In this document: one piece after another, positions 30,466 through 44,350 of the stretch
Position numbering within the stretch: position 1 is the stretch's first letter
Layout of the letters: each line of letters begins with the position of its first letter
Source: the human T2T-CHM13v2.0 reference genome, Homo sapiens
Assembly (NCBI RefSeq): GCF_009914755.1
Contig: NC_060936.1
DNA: 64,000 nt
Direction: 5' to 3' (one strand)
The notes under the pieces: generated by a model
Database searches by the model: none
What the model was told of the DNA's origin: nothing
The model's input: only the letters and a program-made list of their open reading frames with translations
Position numbers and translations under genes: made by a program

Positions 30466-31308
30466 AATAACACCAATTTCTATAAGCAAAGAGTCTGAAT
30501 GGGTGCATGCTCATACTATTATTACCCTTTAGCAATAGTATTAGTACTATTATTAATATTCATTAACTGTAGCCTAAATGAACAAAAAGAAAACACACAC
30601 AGTTGGAGGCACGGGGCAAAGGAGAGTACTCAGGTGAAAGAAGCACTTATTGAAGCTAACTGAAATTTAGCTTGTTTTTACTTATTTAATGCCAGCTGAA
30701 TTAGATTATCTCTTTTTCCTTTGCTGAATTGCCTGAATAATTTGGTGCTGTGTGAAAAAAAAAATGCAAGTATAGTGCCCTGTCATTTTTGTTAAAGAAA
30801 ACAGTTTTGAAAGTTAAGCAAAGTAAACATTTTGCAAAGTTAACTGAAGCAAAATCAGTTTATTTCTGATTTCTAGAGGCAAGTAAATGATGACATGTGA
30901 TGGACTCCTCACTAAACTATGGGTCATGAAATTCAGGATTTATGTTCACTTTCACCACTAATTGATTGAGTGCATTCTTTTTAACCTCTGGAGAATTGTA
31001 GCAGTGGCACTTGCCACATTTCCTACTGAAGTATTTTGCAGATTAGGTCAAATTCTTAAAGTACTAGCACTTTAATGAAACGTACTTGCTCAAAGATTAG
31101 GAAAAGCAATGGAGAAGCTGTTTCTTGATTTTATAAAGAATCCAGGAAGTGTTTGAAATACAGTTGGATTTCAACAGATCTTGATTGTGACCTTCCAGAG
31201 AGGCATTCATAGGTCTGGAATTTCCCAGGATGCTTTGCCAGGAATTAGTGTTGAATTACCAGAAAATCAGTATGACACGTAGCACACACTTATCTAGATA
31301 GTAAGTCA

Positions 31309-31342
31309 GCACACACACACACACACACACATTCACACACAC
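31309..31342. repeat. (CA)n microsatellite
   Basis: Seen directly. Confidence 0.9.
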
Positions 31343-32576
31343 CTTTCATTGTTGGTGGAGCTGCAATTCAGGAGAAAAGGGAGTGTCCCAAGCAGAGATG
31401 GAAATGATTCATTTTATAAGTTGTTCTATAAAATGGTCGCTAGCTGGAAATATACCTTTATTCATAATAAAATGCAAATTCCTTAGATTCTGTACTGTCT
31501 TTCATATTTATTTTATCTTATTTTAGATTTATTTTCATAACTCCCCATGCAATTCTCTCAGCGCTTTCTAGTGTCTCATTAATATAAACTATGCTCAATC
31601 TAAATCATCTCCATTATTTTCCTCCATTTTCTTTTCTTTCATTCCGTGTGTACGTCCTTGGCAACTTCTCTTTAGCATGAGTCTTCTTTAGAGATTCAAA
31701 CCTATAGTCCTTTTCTGATAGCACGGATGACATCTCCGTAAATCTGGTCAGGAATCACTCCATATTGTGTCTGAGGATTTCTTTTTTGTCCCTGGGTCTG
31801 CATGTTTCCACAGTCAGACTTTCTGTGCCTGGCTGAAAGCCCAAGATATTTAGACTCTCTGGTAAAATAAATCCTTTCCATTTCTGGTTAGTATACTCCC
31901 TGAAAATCCATGTGCTACAAGAGAATCCTAGGGTTAAAAATTCAGAGAGCTGCGGGGAGGGGAGAGACAGGGAGGGGAGCCTGGGAAAAGCAGATAGAAA
32001 ACTTTTGGCTCTTCATCTGGGCTGAGTTACTTAATCACTCTACCTTCGACCAGATCCTCAAGAGACTTCCTGGACTCTCTCAGGAAGCAGATTACTCTAT
32101 CTGAATGAAATCTTCCTTGGGAAATAAATTGCACAAAGAGAGAAGAAGAAAAAAAAAATGTTTCAAGCTCCCGTATGTATATTTCAAGTGATTTATCCTC
32201 TCCCCAGAATTCTTGAGCTTCTTTATTCCCGGGGTTTATTTTGTTTAAAATAACATTCCAGTGACTACCCATAATTCAGCAACCTAGATTCTGTCCAATT
32301 TCAGATTAAATAGGTAGCAACTGTCAGACACCATAGTGGAGTTTTCCTGTTTCTTCAAGGGAAAGTGAGGAGTGACTCAAGTATCTTTTCATTTAAATTA
32401 CCTCAAACTTGGACAAAGCTTATGAAATCCTCTATTTGTCACAAGGTTCAGAGTGCTCAGTAGTAACCTGGATGTATTCTGTTGTGTCTGTTTAGGATCA
32501 GTTACAATAATTATGACCCGCCCTCCATATCTGACAGAAAAGTCTATGGGCTCTTTCTCCTTCTCGCTGTCTCCTC

Positions 32577-32602
32577 GTGTGTGTGTGTGTGTATGTGTGT
32601 GT
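32577..32602. repeat. (TG)n microsatellite
   Basis: Seen directly. Confidence 0.9.
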
Positions 32603-32819
32603 ACAGAGGAACACTTAGATGACTTCTTCTCTCACTAACAATTCTATCCACACTTGAAGGCCTTTATGGAGTTTCTCATTGCTGACTACTCCTCAAGGGA
32701 GGAAGGTGGAAGGGATGGGATGTTGGTGGGAAGAGTCATGTATGGGAGGAGAGGCTGACATACTTTGAGGGCTGCTGTGTGCCTGCACTACTCTGGCCAT
32801 AGAAGGTGGAGGCTGAGTT

Positions 32820-33280
32820 TGTGTTTGCTCCTGTTTCTGCCACTTATTAGGCATGTGAATTTGGGCAAGTTAGCTAACTTCTCTAAGCCCCAGTTTCCTC
32901 ATCTGTAAAATGCAGACACTTGTGGGATCATGTCTAACACTTTTTGAGCACTTTTTGTGCTAGGCACTGTTCTAAGTGCTCATGTGCCCACGGCAACCCT
33001 ATGAGGTATTAGAGATAAAATAGAGAATTCAAGGAAAGTGCTTAGCAAATAAATGTTCAGTAATAGTTAGCAATTATCATTAGAATATATTTTATATTAT
33101 TGTGTAATATACCTTATCTATAATATAATCTATCTTATTTAATTTTCTCAAAACCCCTATACAGTTGGTATTATCATCCCTTTTTTTTTTTTTTACTATG
33201 AGGAAACTAAAGGAAGTTAAATAACTTGCACAGATTTGCTTAGCGGCTAAGAGATAAAATAGGAGGACTCAAATTCAGGT
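32820..33280. mobile_element. Cluster of MIR fragments in both orientations
   Basis: ttgggcaagttagctaacttctctaagccccagtttcctcatctgtaaaatg (+) and atgaggaaact...gttaaataacttgc (-). Confidence 0.65.
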
Positions 33281-33669
33281 CCTCGTAAATTCAAACTTGT
33301 TCTTTTTTCCCCAGTTTTGAAAAAAAAATTGCCCATTGATTATATAGAAACATTGTCTTCTGCACTGCGGCTGCAGAGTTTCTTGTCTATGATCCTGCTT
33401 CTCAGGACTGAACTTGGTCCCAACAGCTTTGTCGAGAAAAGGGGTCGGCATTCTGGGGCACATGTGCTTGGGTGGCATTTGAGAGTATTTCCACAGATGG
33501 GTTTAGCTATTGCTGTCATTATATACCCATCCCCAACTCCTTACCCAAGAGTGCTTCTGAGACCACCACCACCATCTTGTCCTGACTAGTCCTTGCTCAT
33601 TTTCCAGGTCCTGGTTCAAACATCATGCCTTGGGGTCCCCTTCCTTGAACACTGACCTTCTATTCTTTT

Positions 33670-33995
33670 AGTCATTCAATTAGAAGATATTTTAAGAGGT
33701 CCTACTATGTGTCAGGTACTCTTCTAGAAGCTAGAGTACAGTATTAAACAAAGCAGACAAAATGCCCTGGCCTCATGGTACTCTCATTCTTAAGTAAGTT
33801 TCCCCATGTCATCCTGAAATTCTTGCTCATACACCATTGCATGCTTTTGGTTATTTATTTGTAAGATTTTGAATTAATGTCATTATTCCCCACTAATTTC
33901 TAAATACAAAGAAGGCACAGATCATAGGAGATTTTTCTCTGTTAACACAGAGCTTTGCACTTAATCGGCACCCATAAATATTTGTTGAATAACTG
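33670..33995. mobile_element. L2 3'-end fragments
   Basis: cctactatgtgtcaggtactcttctag...aaatgccctggcctcatgg (-) and cccataaatatttgttgaat (+). Confidence 0.6.
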
Positions 33996-34189
33996 ACTAG
34001 CCATGAAGCACATCGATTCATCCTTCTTCTAGAGAGCCCTGGCATAGGGCATTCTCAGCACCAACTCCTAGGGTTTCCTCAGGTGCTGTGAGCTCGGGCA
34101 GTGAGCCTTGGAGCTAGACACAAAAGGTCCATAGTCTAAAAGGAGAGGGTTCCCTACTGTGACCTACCTTGTGTAAATGGTTTCTGCCC

Positions 34190-34730
34190 TGGGGATGTGG
34201 AAACAGGAATCTTTGCATAGTGCTCATGGAGGTACAGACTGTTGCAGCCATTTTGGTAAGCAATCTTGTAGAATTTAGTCAAATTAAGTAAGCATACATC
34301 CAGTGTTCCAACTATATCCCTCCTGGGTATGTATCCCATGGATATTCTCACCCAAGTGCATAAAAGGACATATATAAAAATGTTAATTTCAATATTTGTG
34401 GGTGTCTTCCATCACTGGAAAAGCAGATGGGTAAATATTGTGGGGCACACAATTGGGTATTAAGCAGCGATTAGGAACAATGGGTTAGTTATACATCCAA
34501 CAATATGGAACATAGCAACATAGAGCCACACTAATGCTTAGTGGAATAAGTAGAAAACAGAACAAGATGTTTAACATAACCATTTATGTAAGTTAAAAAT
34601 CCATGCACATAAATCATTACATCTTATGTTTTGCAAAAACATATACAAATAAAAAAGAGCCACACTAAACACATTTAAATGATTCCCTGTGGTGAAAGGA
34701 GAATGGAGGTGGTGATGGAAATAAATGGAA
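34190..34730 (+). mobile_element. Old L1ME-type 3' fragment
   Basis: gcagccattttgg...gcaatct...ctcctgggtatgtatccc...aacataaccatttatgtaa. Confidence 0.65.
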
Positions 34731-35837
34731 ATTAATTTGTGTAATAGATTAATTTATAAGTAAATAAGGGAGGGGCCTTGCATGGACCAATGATGTCACT
34801 GAACAGAAGGTTCAAAAGTAAACATATTCTCCGGAGCATCTGCCCTGTTTGTGGTCCCACTTGCTAGACTTGTCTGCCTGTTGTGGCCACTCCCTGATGC
34901 TGCCTTTAGATCACATAGTTTACAGAGGTGCTTTAGAATATCATAAATTTGTTTCTTCTTCTGTGATGGTGACCCTTGTTTTTCTTTCCCCATAGCAGTT
35001 GCTTGAGAACTCTGAGTTCCCAGTGTCTGCTCCTGTGCAGCTTACAGGGAAATTTGGCAAAACAAGCGGTGTCATTAGGCTGGCTCAGCTGGTACTACTC
35101 CTGGAATCTCTGTGAGTGATCTGTCCCTGCCTTGCTGTGATTGCTGAAGCATGGCCTGCTAAAGAATCCAAGAATCCAAATGTGGCATCTGGGAAAGGCT
35201 CTGGTCTCCCAGTCACATAGAAATGTTGACATGACTTCTGCTGTTAGTTTGGAGCTTCATGCCACATTAGTGCAGCTGTGGCCTGTCTGTGCCTGGAGTT
35301 TCCTGGACACAGGCAGCAGTCATGTTCTGTTTATTGACTACCCCTAGCGCTGTGGTTCCTCATTATTGACACTGTTGTCATGCCGTGGCTCTCAAGTCAC
35401 TGTTTCCAGAACTTCGGCTGTGCATACAATAAGCTGCCACAGAGAAGCAATACCACCATGGCATGGCGTTGGGCCGGCCCTTACTGTACTGCAACAGGCA
35501 ACTTCTCACATGGGGGTGATAGAGGCTGGACTCTCCAGTGTAAAAGCTTCTGGGTTGCAATGCCCTGAGGAGCATCCAGATATGTTTTGGGAGCTGTGAC
35601 ACCAGAGAATAAGGGTATAGTCTGAGAAAGCAGGAATGAGGGAAGCGTGAGGGCTGGATGGAATGGAGTATGCCATTGTGCTCAATGACTCCAGCTTGGG
35701 ACAAAGGTTGAGCCCATTACAAGAGTGTCAGGAGGACCACATGAGGCCAGGCACACATTCCCAAAGGGGCTAAAATTTTGATTTTTGGTATTATATCTAA
35801 AGGAGTATACAACCAGGCACAGAAATGCTCTGAATGA

Positions 35838-36133
<296 letters not shown>

Positions 36134-36519
36134 CTACTCTGATTAGGTTGGTAGGGGAAGAATGTCATCAAACCACTTTAAACTGGTGGTCTATTAGAGC
36201 ACCACACAGTCTATAGTACACTGCAAATAAAAATGTACCCATAAATCCTATTAGTTATATAGAATGTTTATTGATGATAAAAAGCATTAATTTCTTAAAT
36301 GTAAATAGCTATAATAAACTAATAGACTAAACATTTTATAACCCTCTTTTGTCATTTCTCATATATATATATATGCTAAAAGCCTCAAAAAATGGAAATG
36401 GCCAGCATATTTCAACCTCTGAGAAGTCTTTGGTAAAGGACACACACAACACACTGTCTCTTTCTCTCTTTCCCCCACACTCCTCCCCAACCCTTAATAA
36501 ATAGAATCAAAGGATACAC

Positions 36520-36945
36520 AGTTTTTTTTCCCACTTAGCAAAATAGAAGCATCTCTCTTTTCATATCTATAAGTATAGATCCCTATTATCCTAGTTAACG
36601 GCTTCATGGTTTTCACTGTGTAGATATGCATAATTATTTAACCAAATTCCTATTGCTAAATGTTCAAGTCATTTCAGATTTATCAGTGTTCTAAACTGTG
36701 TGACAATTAACATCTTGTTTGTTCATCTTAGCACATTTATCCAACTGTTTGCTTCAGGTAAATTCCTAGGAGTGGGATTTCTAAGTCAAAGACTTTTTAA
36801 AAAAAGGCTCTTCTACATGTTGCTAAATTTTCCTCCAGGAAGGTTGTACCAATTTACACTCCCACAAAAGGGGCACACATGTGCCAGTTTCCCCAACCCT
36901 TCACCAGCACTAGATAACATTAGTCTTTCATTCCCATTCTGACAT
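36520..36945 (-). mobile_element. Old L1ME-type fragment
   Basis: taattatttaaccaaattcctatt...ttcctaggagtgggatt...gttgtaccaatttacactccca. Confidence 0.7.
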
Positions 36946-37452
36946 CTGGTTCTTCCTCTGAAGCCTGGGCTTCATCACCAGTAGCTTGACCTTTTTCAAG
37001 GTTAAGCCCGCATGGCACTTTATCATTTAAAGAGCTGGCTTCCCACTTGGAGGGAACAAATCAGCTTTCTCCATAAAACAATGAAATGTTTTCCTGGTCT
37101 TTAAGGTTGAACTAAACTTTCCTTTAAATGTGTGCCTGGATTTGTGAGTTTAACTGGTAAGGATAAACTGAGCCTATTTTAAAGCTCAGTAAAATTAATG
37201 CCCAAGTGAAGGATCATCTGTGGTCAGGACTTATCTAAATTGGAAAATCATTGTCAAGACACCACTGAATTGCATCCAGGTTACCATCCCTCTGATTTAC
37301 CTTGGAATTCTAGTTAAACAAATCATTTATGTCCTTTAAAAAAAATCTATCTTTTGTTCAATCATGCTATTTGTTTTAGACGTTTAAAAATTTTGTTGGT
37401 AACAAATCATCTCACATATCTAATAATATTAACATTTTGTATTTGCTTCATC

Positions 37453-37760
37453 ATTTTTTGTTTCTTTGAGATGGAGTCTCAGTCTGTCGCCTAGGCTGGA
37501 GTGCAGTGGCGCAATATCTTAGCTCACTGCAACCTCTGCCTCCTGAGTTCAAGTTATTCTCCTGCCTCAGCCTTCTGAGAAGCTGGAATTATAGGCATGC
37601 GGCACCACGCCCGGCTAATTTTTGTATTTTTAGCAGAGACAGGGTTTCACCATATTGGCCAGGCTGGTCTTGAACTCAAGTGATCTGTCACTTTAAGTGA
37701 TCTGTCTGCCTCAGCCTCCCAAAGTGCTGGAATTACAGGTGTGAACCACCACGCCCAGCC
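37453..37760 (-). mobile_element. AluS with a small internal duplication (aagtgatctgtc x2)
   Basis: Antisense dimer; TSD tgcttcatca. Confidence 0.92.
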
Positions 37761-38643
37761 TGCTTCATCAATTTTTTTCACTAAGGTAGTCATAAGATAA
37801 TTTGGGAAATTACGGCACTTGATCTCCTAAGAATAATTCATTCTTATAATTTATGTTTCCTTTCATTTCAGAATATTCTGTGTGTTAGTTCCATGAATAC
37901 AGAAACACACACACATACATACAAATCCAAATAAAACTTTTTCCTGCTAAGAGTCACTTGTCCTCTCAAGAATTACATTTCTGTCCTTTAAAAAAAAAAA
38001 AGTTGAGAAGCAGAGTTCCTACCTTTGTGCTGACAGCTCATGGAGATGGAGAAGCCGTTTATGAGCTCAGGCTTGCCCTTGTGTCAGTCAAGGACAAAGT
38101 CCAGTCTAGAGATGGCATCTCTCCTCATGTGACACAGGTGTCTCTTTTTAGCCTGATTTTTGGAAATAAATTGCAAGTGCTACTCAACCCATTTCCGTAT
38201 TTTATGAAATTATTTTTTTTAAAAAAGATAAAGTTACAAATGTGACTTTGCCCAGCTTATCTTTCTTCTATGGTAAGTCTGCTGGATGGCTTCCAGGGCC
38301 TGTAAATCAGGAGATCCTGGCTGCCTCACCCCGTAGAGAAAGTAGCGGGGGAAGAGAGGCTGGCTGTAAGCACTGTGAAGGAGGATAAACAAGGAGATTG
38401 CGGTGAATGCACGAGATGATTTTCTGCAAACAAGGTCCAGGATTTCAGACTAGGGTGGCATTAGCTAAGAGTACAAACTTTCAAATTAGACAAAAATGAG
38501 CCCAAAGCCCAGCCAGCTCTGCCATGTTCTAACGAAGTGAACTTGGCCATGTTATTTTTCTTCTCTAAGCCCCAATATTAGAATTTATCTTAAGACCATT
38601 TTAAGGATTCAATGAGCTAATATATATATAAAGCTCTTAGTAG

Positions 38644-38983
<340 letters not shown>

Positions 38984-39059
38984 GAGAGTTGTTATTATAA
39001 TTAGTTGAGACACAAAGATCAATTTCCCTTCTTTGACATTACTTAATATACTATACTTC

Positions 39060-39400
39060 AAGGCAATGTTTGGCAAACTACAACCCGTGGGTCAAATCCA
39101 CCCCGATGCCTGATTTTGTATAGACTATGAGCTAAGACTGGTTTTTACATTGATAAATGGTTGAAAGAAGATCAAAAGGAGAATAATATCTTGGGACATA
39201 TGCAAATGACATAAATTCAAATTTCAATGTTCATAGATAATATTGTATTGAAATGCAGCCACACCTATCGTTTATGTATTGACTATGGTTGTTTTTGTGC
39301 TACAGAGGCAGAGTTGAATAGTAGTGGCAGTGATCAGATGGTCTGCAAAGCCAAAAATATTGACTATCTGACTCTTTACAGGAAATGTGCTGACCCCTGC
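39060..39400. mobile_element. MER58 (hAT-Charlie) DNA transposon fossil
   Basis: ggcaaactacaacccgtgggtcaaatcc...gcaaagccaaaaatatt...tgctgacccctg. Confidence 0.85.
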
Positions 39401-39564
39401 TCTAGGAAGTTGTTCAGCGTGGGCAAGCAGGAGGCAACTTTTCCTTGCTATGGATCAGAGACAGTGCTGTCCTCTGTCTCCTTCCATATACTTTGTCTGG
39501 TTTTTGCTAAAGAAACAATCTGGTGAAGCTGTTCCCTGAAACCCAGAAGGATTAGCCTGGACAA

Positions 39565-39772
39565 GGGGGTGCAAATTAATGGTTAATAACTGGCTTTATG
39601 GAAGGCAAAGAAGCTCTGATGTGTAGTGTTGGCTGATTTCCATGGTTTGAATACTTCCACCATGGCTAAATTTTAAGCTTACCAACAACATGACATCAAC
39701 TGGCTTGAAAAATTCTGTGACTTTGACCATTGATTCTTGTGAGCCCTGCCAGCCAGCTCCAGCACATCTCCT
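39565..39772. mobile_element. MER63-like DNA transposon fossil
   Basis: ttccatggtttgaatacttccaccatggc...gccagctccagcaca. Confidence 0.55.
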
Positions 39773-40707
39773 GACCTCTGCTGATCACGTCACCATTGCA
39801 TTTCTCCCTGGAGTTCTCTTAGAAATGTCTGTACTATGTGGGGGCACTATAATTGGTTATTGAGTCACCAAGGAGGGGGGTGTGACTTAAAGTTCTGTGA
39901 GGTGCATATCTCAGAATACACGTTATTCAGAAACAACATATTCTCAACAGCAACTTATGACAGATTTAACATAGAGGAAAGCTGACACACGTGTGGGGAG
40001 AGACAGTGCTATGAACAAAGAAGTCTGAGTGGTATGATAAAAGATCTGGTACACGCAGTTTTTTATTGGAGAATGCCACAGACCCTACAAATTTATTCAT
40101 CTTACTCTTGTCTCTCTGATGCTGGTCTTTTTCTGAACATGGCCAACAGAGTGAGCCGTGAGGCAATCTCAAGGGAGAGCATCCAGCCAGGGAGCAACTG
40201 CAAAGGTCCTGGGGCAATTGCTTCTTACCTCACTCTCTCCTCTGTGCTTCCCATGGGCCCTGACCTTTCAACTCTGGGGGCTTTGCTTTGGGGAATTATT
40301 GGGTTGATCATACAGTGACTAGACTGTGAGCTCCTAGAGGCTAGAATTCTCTTATCTGACTTTGTGTCTCCAATGCCTAGCACAATGCTACTTATAAGTG
40401 TGTAATAAACAGGATAAAACCCCTTCATGATTAGTGTAACTCCCTTACCATGCCTCCTTGGAAGTTCTTTCCAGCAATTTGTGTAGGGATTCTGAAAAAG
40501 AATCTTGTCTCCATGAAGCCAGCATTTCCAGTGTCCCATGGGAAATGCAGCCCACATTCTTCTCCTCTTCATTCTTATGTGTTGGGGCTCACTTTTCCTC
40601 TTCACATGTCCCAGGGAGAGGGTTAAAAGTTAAAACAGAGAAATATAGAATGGGTTTTTAAACAAGTGTTGCCAGCCTGGTGCACAGAGCTTAGAAAAGA
40701 ATGGACT

Positions 40708-40888
40708 GGCCGGGCACGGTGGCTCATACCTGTAGTGTCAGCTACTCAGGAGGCTGAGGCAAGAGAATCGCTTGGATCTGGGAGGCGAAGGTTGCAGTGA
40801 GCTGAGATCACATCACTGCACTCCAGCCTGGGCAACAGAGGGAGACTCCGTCTCAAAAAATAAAATAAAATAAAATAAAAAATAATAA
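40708..40888 (+). mobile_element. Monomer-length Alu (left-arm start fused to right arm)
   Basis: ggccgggcacggtggctca runs directly into right-arm cctgtag...gctactcaggaggctgagg; (TAAAA)n tail. Confidence 0.85.
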
Positions 40889-41282
40889 AGAAGAAGGCTG
40901 ACTGATTTTCCATGTTCAGATCAAGCCAGAGGAGGGAATGGGGAAAAAGAGACTGATTACAGTTCCCTTGATTTGATCAGTGTGTGAAAATTAAAGAAAA
41001 TTAACTCTGGTCATTGAAAACCTTCTGAAGAGTGTTCATTTTATCTTCTTTTCTTCCTTCTTCAAATAAATTGCCAGTCTTACACTCATTCCTCTCTCTT
41101 CCTCCTTCCCCCTTTCCCTCTGCCCCATCAATTGGCCATTTTTTTTTTTTTTTTTTTTTTGTCCATGACTTAATACAGAGCCAGATAGTCTTGAATCTGC
41201 ATGATGTAAAGTCAATTTCAGGCTATTTTCCCAAGGTGATCTGGGCTGTGCAGGGCCAGCCATATTAAGAATCTGTTTTGGT

Positions 41283-41406
41283 CGGGAGGCTGAGGTGGGA
41301 GAATCGCTTGAACCCGGGAGGCGGAGTGCAGTGAGCCGAGATCGCGCCCCTGCACTCCAGCCTGGGCGACAGAACGCAACTCCATCTCAAAAAAAAAAAA
41401 AAAAAA
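41283..41406 (+). mobile_element. 5'-truncated Alu (right arm)
   Basis: cgggaggctgagg...ctccatctc followed by an A tail. Confidence 0.88.
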
Positions 41407-41857
41407 CTATTTTAGGCAGAAAACACATTGACTCATAAGGCGTTATTTTTACATTCCTTGTTTTTCTGGTGTAACTATACTCCAGAAGCATATTTGGATT
41501 GAAGCTTAAGCATGACGCATAAAAGCCCACATTGTTCTGAACACAGTATAATTTTAAGTTAGACCACCGGTCACCCTAACAAGCAAGGAAACATTCCACT
41601 ATGAGTTCCCATTCTTTCTCAATTGGAGTAGAAGCAAACTTCTGGTTTGCCTCTGGTTTGTATGCTAGGTTATTTTGCTCAGAAAGCTGGAAGAATTTGC
41701 TGGGTGAGGAGGGTAAGCACTTGGTTAAAACAGGCAAACTGAACTAAATGAAAGACTTATTTTGTTGAGACAAATTTCCAGTTATTGGCTTCCTTGATGA
41801 CCCTTGAATAACAGTCCACACAGGGCCAAGAAATCCTTTTCTTCTTTACCTTTCCTA

Positions 41858-41901
41858 GTGTATGTATGTGTGTGTGTCTGTATGTGTGTGTGTGTGTGTG
41901 T
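41858..41901. repeat. (TG)n-type microsatellite
   Basis: Seen directly, imperfect. Confidence 0.9.
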
Positions 41902-42007
41902 CCACATTAGTGATGTTGATACTATACAGTGAGGGATAAAGAATGCCTATAGGCCTATAGGTTCATCAGGGGGTTATCTTATATTCACCATGGTTCAATG
42001 TAAATAT

Positions 42008-42190
42008 TGTATTACATCACCTGTAAGATACATTTTTTTTCACATTTAACATCTGCAGTATCAGGATGAGCCTCACACTCTACAACCTGCCATACTTTAA
42101 CGGCAGTGATTTTTTGTTTTCTTGGTGATACACAAAATTAATGGTGTATATGACAATCAATGGTGTCCTCAATTCAATGACATGCAGTAT
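42008..42190. mobile_element. MER104-like Tc2/mariner fossil
   Basis: gtattacatc...taagatacatttttttcacatttaacatct...caatggtgtcctcaattcaatga...cagta with degenerate inverted termini. Confidence 0.55.
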
Positions 42191-42308
42191 CTGACTTGGA
42201 TACTTGATATGCGCCTACAGCTGGGAAGGCAGAGCACACCTGCCAAAGTCTTCACAGGTCAAAATGTCAAGGTATTGCTCTTTGAAAACCCATCTATGCC
42301 ACCTCTAG

Positions 42309-42463
42309 TATTACTGTCTAAATTACTGTTCTTCAGTGTGTCCACATATTATACAGCTAAGATTTATTGTCTTCTTACTGTCTAAATTACTTTATTACTG
42401 TCTAAATTACTGTTCTTCAGTGTGTCCACATATTATACAGCTAAGATTTATTGTCTTCTTACT
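42309..42463. repeat. Perfect 71-bp direct duplication with a 13-nt templated spacer
   Basis: 42309-42379 is identical to 42393-42463; spacer gtctaaattactt. Confidence 0.95.
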
Positions 42464-42539
42464 ACAGCCAGACAATATTCTAAGCACTTTACACATCTAT
42501 CTTCACAACCCTGTGAAGTCGGTGTTATTACCCACTTTC

Positions 42540-43190
42540 AGTCTGGGTCCAGTCAGGAGACAGAAGCCATTTTAATTATTTAAACAGAGAAAATTGAATA
42601 GAAGAATTATTATCTAGGTATAAAGTTGATGACTAGGTCATAAAGGGGTAAAAAGAGGACGCTAAGTTATCAAAGAGGTAGCAACTGCAGGAAGCAGCTT
42701 CCATCTGTAGGCCTAGGGGAGCAAAAAGAAGAAGCTGGAATTGTTAACACTTAGAGATGTGGAGGAGGGGCGCTCCAAAGCTGAACCTCAGCTCCAAAGG
42801 TGCAGCTGCAGGTGTAGCTCCAGAGCTGGCACCTGCAGAGCACAGCTTCGTGGTGCACCGCTGGTGTCTCTGAGGGGGCACAGTGAAGCTGGCACTGCAG
42901 GTGTTGGAAAAACTGCAAATTGGACTCTGTTGCTGCTGTAGAAAAGAACTGCTACTGCTGCTGCTGCGATGAAGAAGCTTTTCAGAAATGATGCTCTCAG
43001 GAACAGGAAGCAGATGAGGAGAAACAAGTCCCTTCGTCCTTCTTAGCCCTTCCAGTCTCCCTCTAGTGCCCTCTCTTAGCAGGGCTAGGCAGACACTGGC
43101 AAAGCCAAAGTGTGGTCTATATAGTTTCAGCCCTGGCATCATAAAGCAGAGTATAAAAAGGTGTTTTGGAGACAAGAGAAAACTAACTCA
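42540..43190 (-). mobile_element. Probable old ERVL-type LTR
   Basis: gtctgggtccagtcaggagacagaagcc...agaaaattgaatagaagaattatt resembles antisense LTR33/67-like termini; subfamily uncertain. Confidence 0.45.
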
Positions 43191-44109
43191 ATAGCTAGAA
43201 CATATCCTTATTTTTACATATGAAGAAACTAATATACAAAACCAGTGAAAGTAGTGAGTACATTACCCAATATCACATGGATCTGAAGATACAAAGCCAA
43301 GATCTGAACCCAGGTCTGCCTGATTCCATAGTCTATATATTTAATGGCTACACAGATTTCTTTCCTATCAGTTGTCTTTCATGTGTTTCTTTTTCTCTTT
43401 TTCATTTATTCACCCAACAGCTATTTCTTGACTGTCTATGTCAGGCACTGTGCTTGCTCTGGGGAAAACAGCAGCAAACAAAAATGGACATTCTGTCCTC
43501 AAGGAACTGAAAATCCATTTCTATCTATTTCTGTTCTTATTTTGTTTTATTATGGCCCACTCCTCTCTCCTTCTCTGGATGCTTTTCTCTTTTTGTCAGT
43601 GTATCTTATCTGAAATTGTGAATTTCTGTCTTTTTCAATTATTTAATGTCTGCCCTTCTCTTCTTTGCTGTCCTGTTTTTTTGTAGCTTCAAGTCTGTCT
43701 TGGTCCTTTTCTCCTCTCATGTTACCTTCTTTTTCCTTCTTCATGATTCTGTCCATATTAACTGGCCAAAATGTGGACCCAAGTCTAGGTTCTGTTTGTG
43801 AGTTTTTTGGGGGACAAGTTTCACAAGCTCTGTTCTTAAAATCTTCTAAGTGAATGAGTGAAACTGCCTTAAAACACAGACAAATGTTCTGTGTTCTCTA
43901 CCTTAAAACACAGACAAATGAAACCTAACTCAGTAGGCTTTTGCTTATTGACCTTTCATTTTCTTACGTGGCTAGCTTCTCCAAGGGAATCAGTCATTGA
44001 AAGACTAAAACAATAGATTGAAGGAAACACATCATTTATAATGGTTCTTGCAAACAGACTTTCTGACACGCCAGTCATGACCAGCACATTCTTTTCTGTT
44101 TAGAGAGTG

Positions 44110-44350
44110 ACAGTGTGTGTAGTGGTTAAGGTTGGGGATCCAGACTACCTTGAGTTTGAACTCCAGGTCTTCCATTTTCTAGCTGTGTAGTATTAGGCAA
44201 TTTACTCAGTCCCTCTATGCCTTGGTTTTCCTCATCTGCAAAATGGGAACAATAATATTGGCACCTACCTTACTAGTTTTGGGGAAGGATTAAGTGAATT
44301 AATATATAAAGAAATTCAGAAGAACATCTTGGTTATAGTAGTTATAACCA
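44110..44350 (+). mobile_element. MIR
   Basis: gtagtggttaag...gagtttgaactcc...ttttcctcatctgcaaaatggga...ggattaagtgaattaata. Confidence 0.8.
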
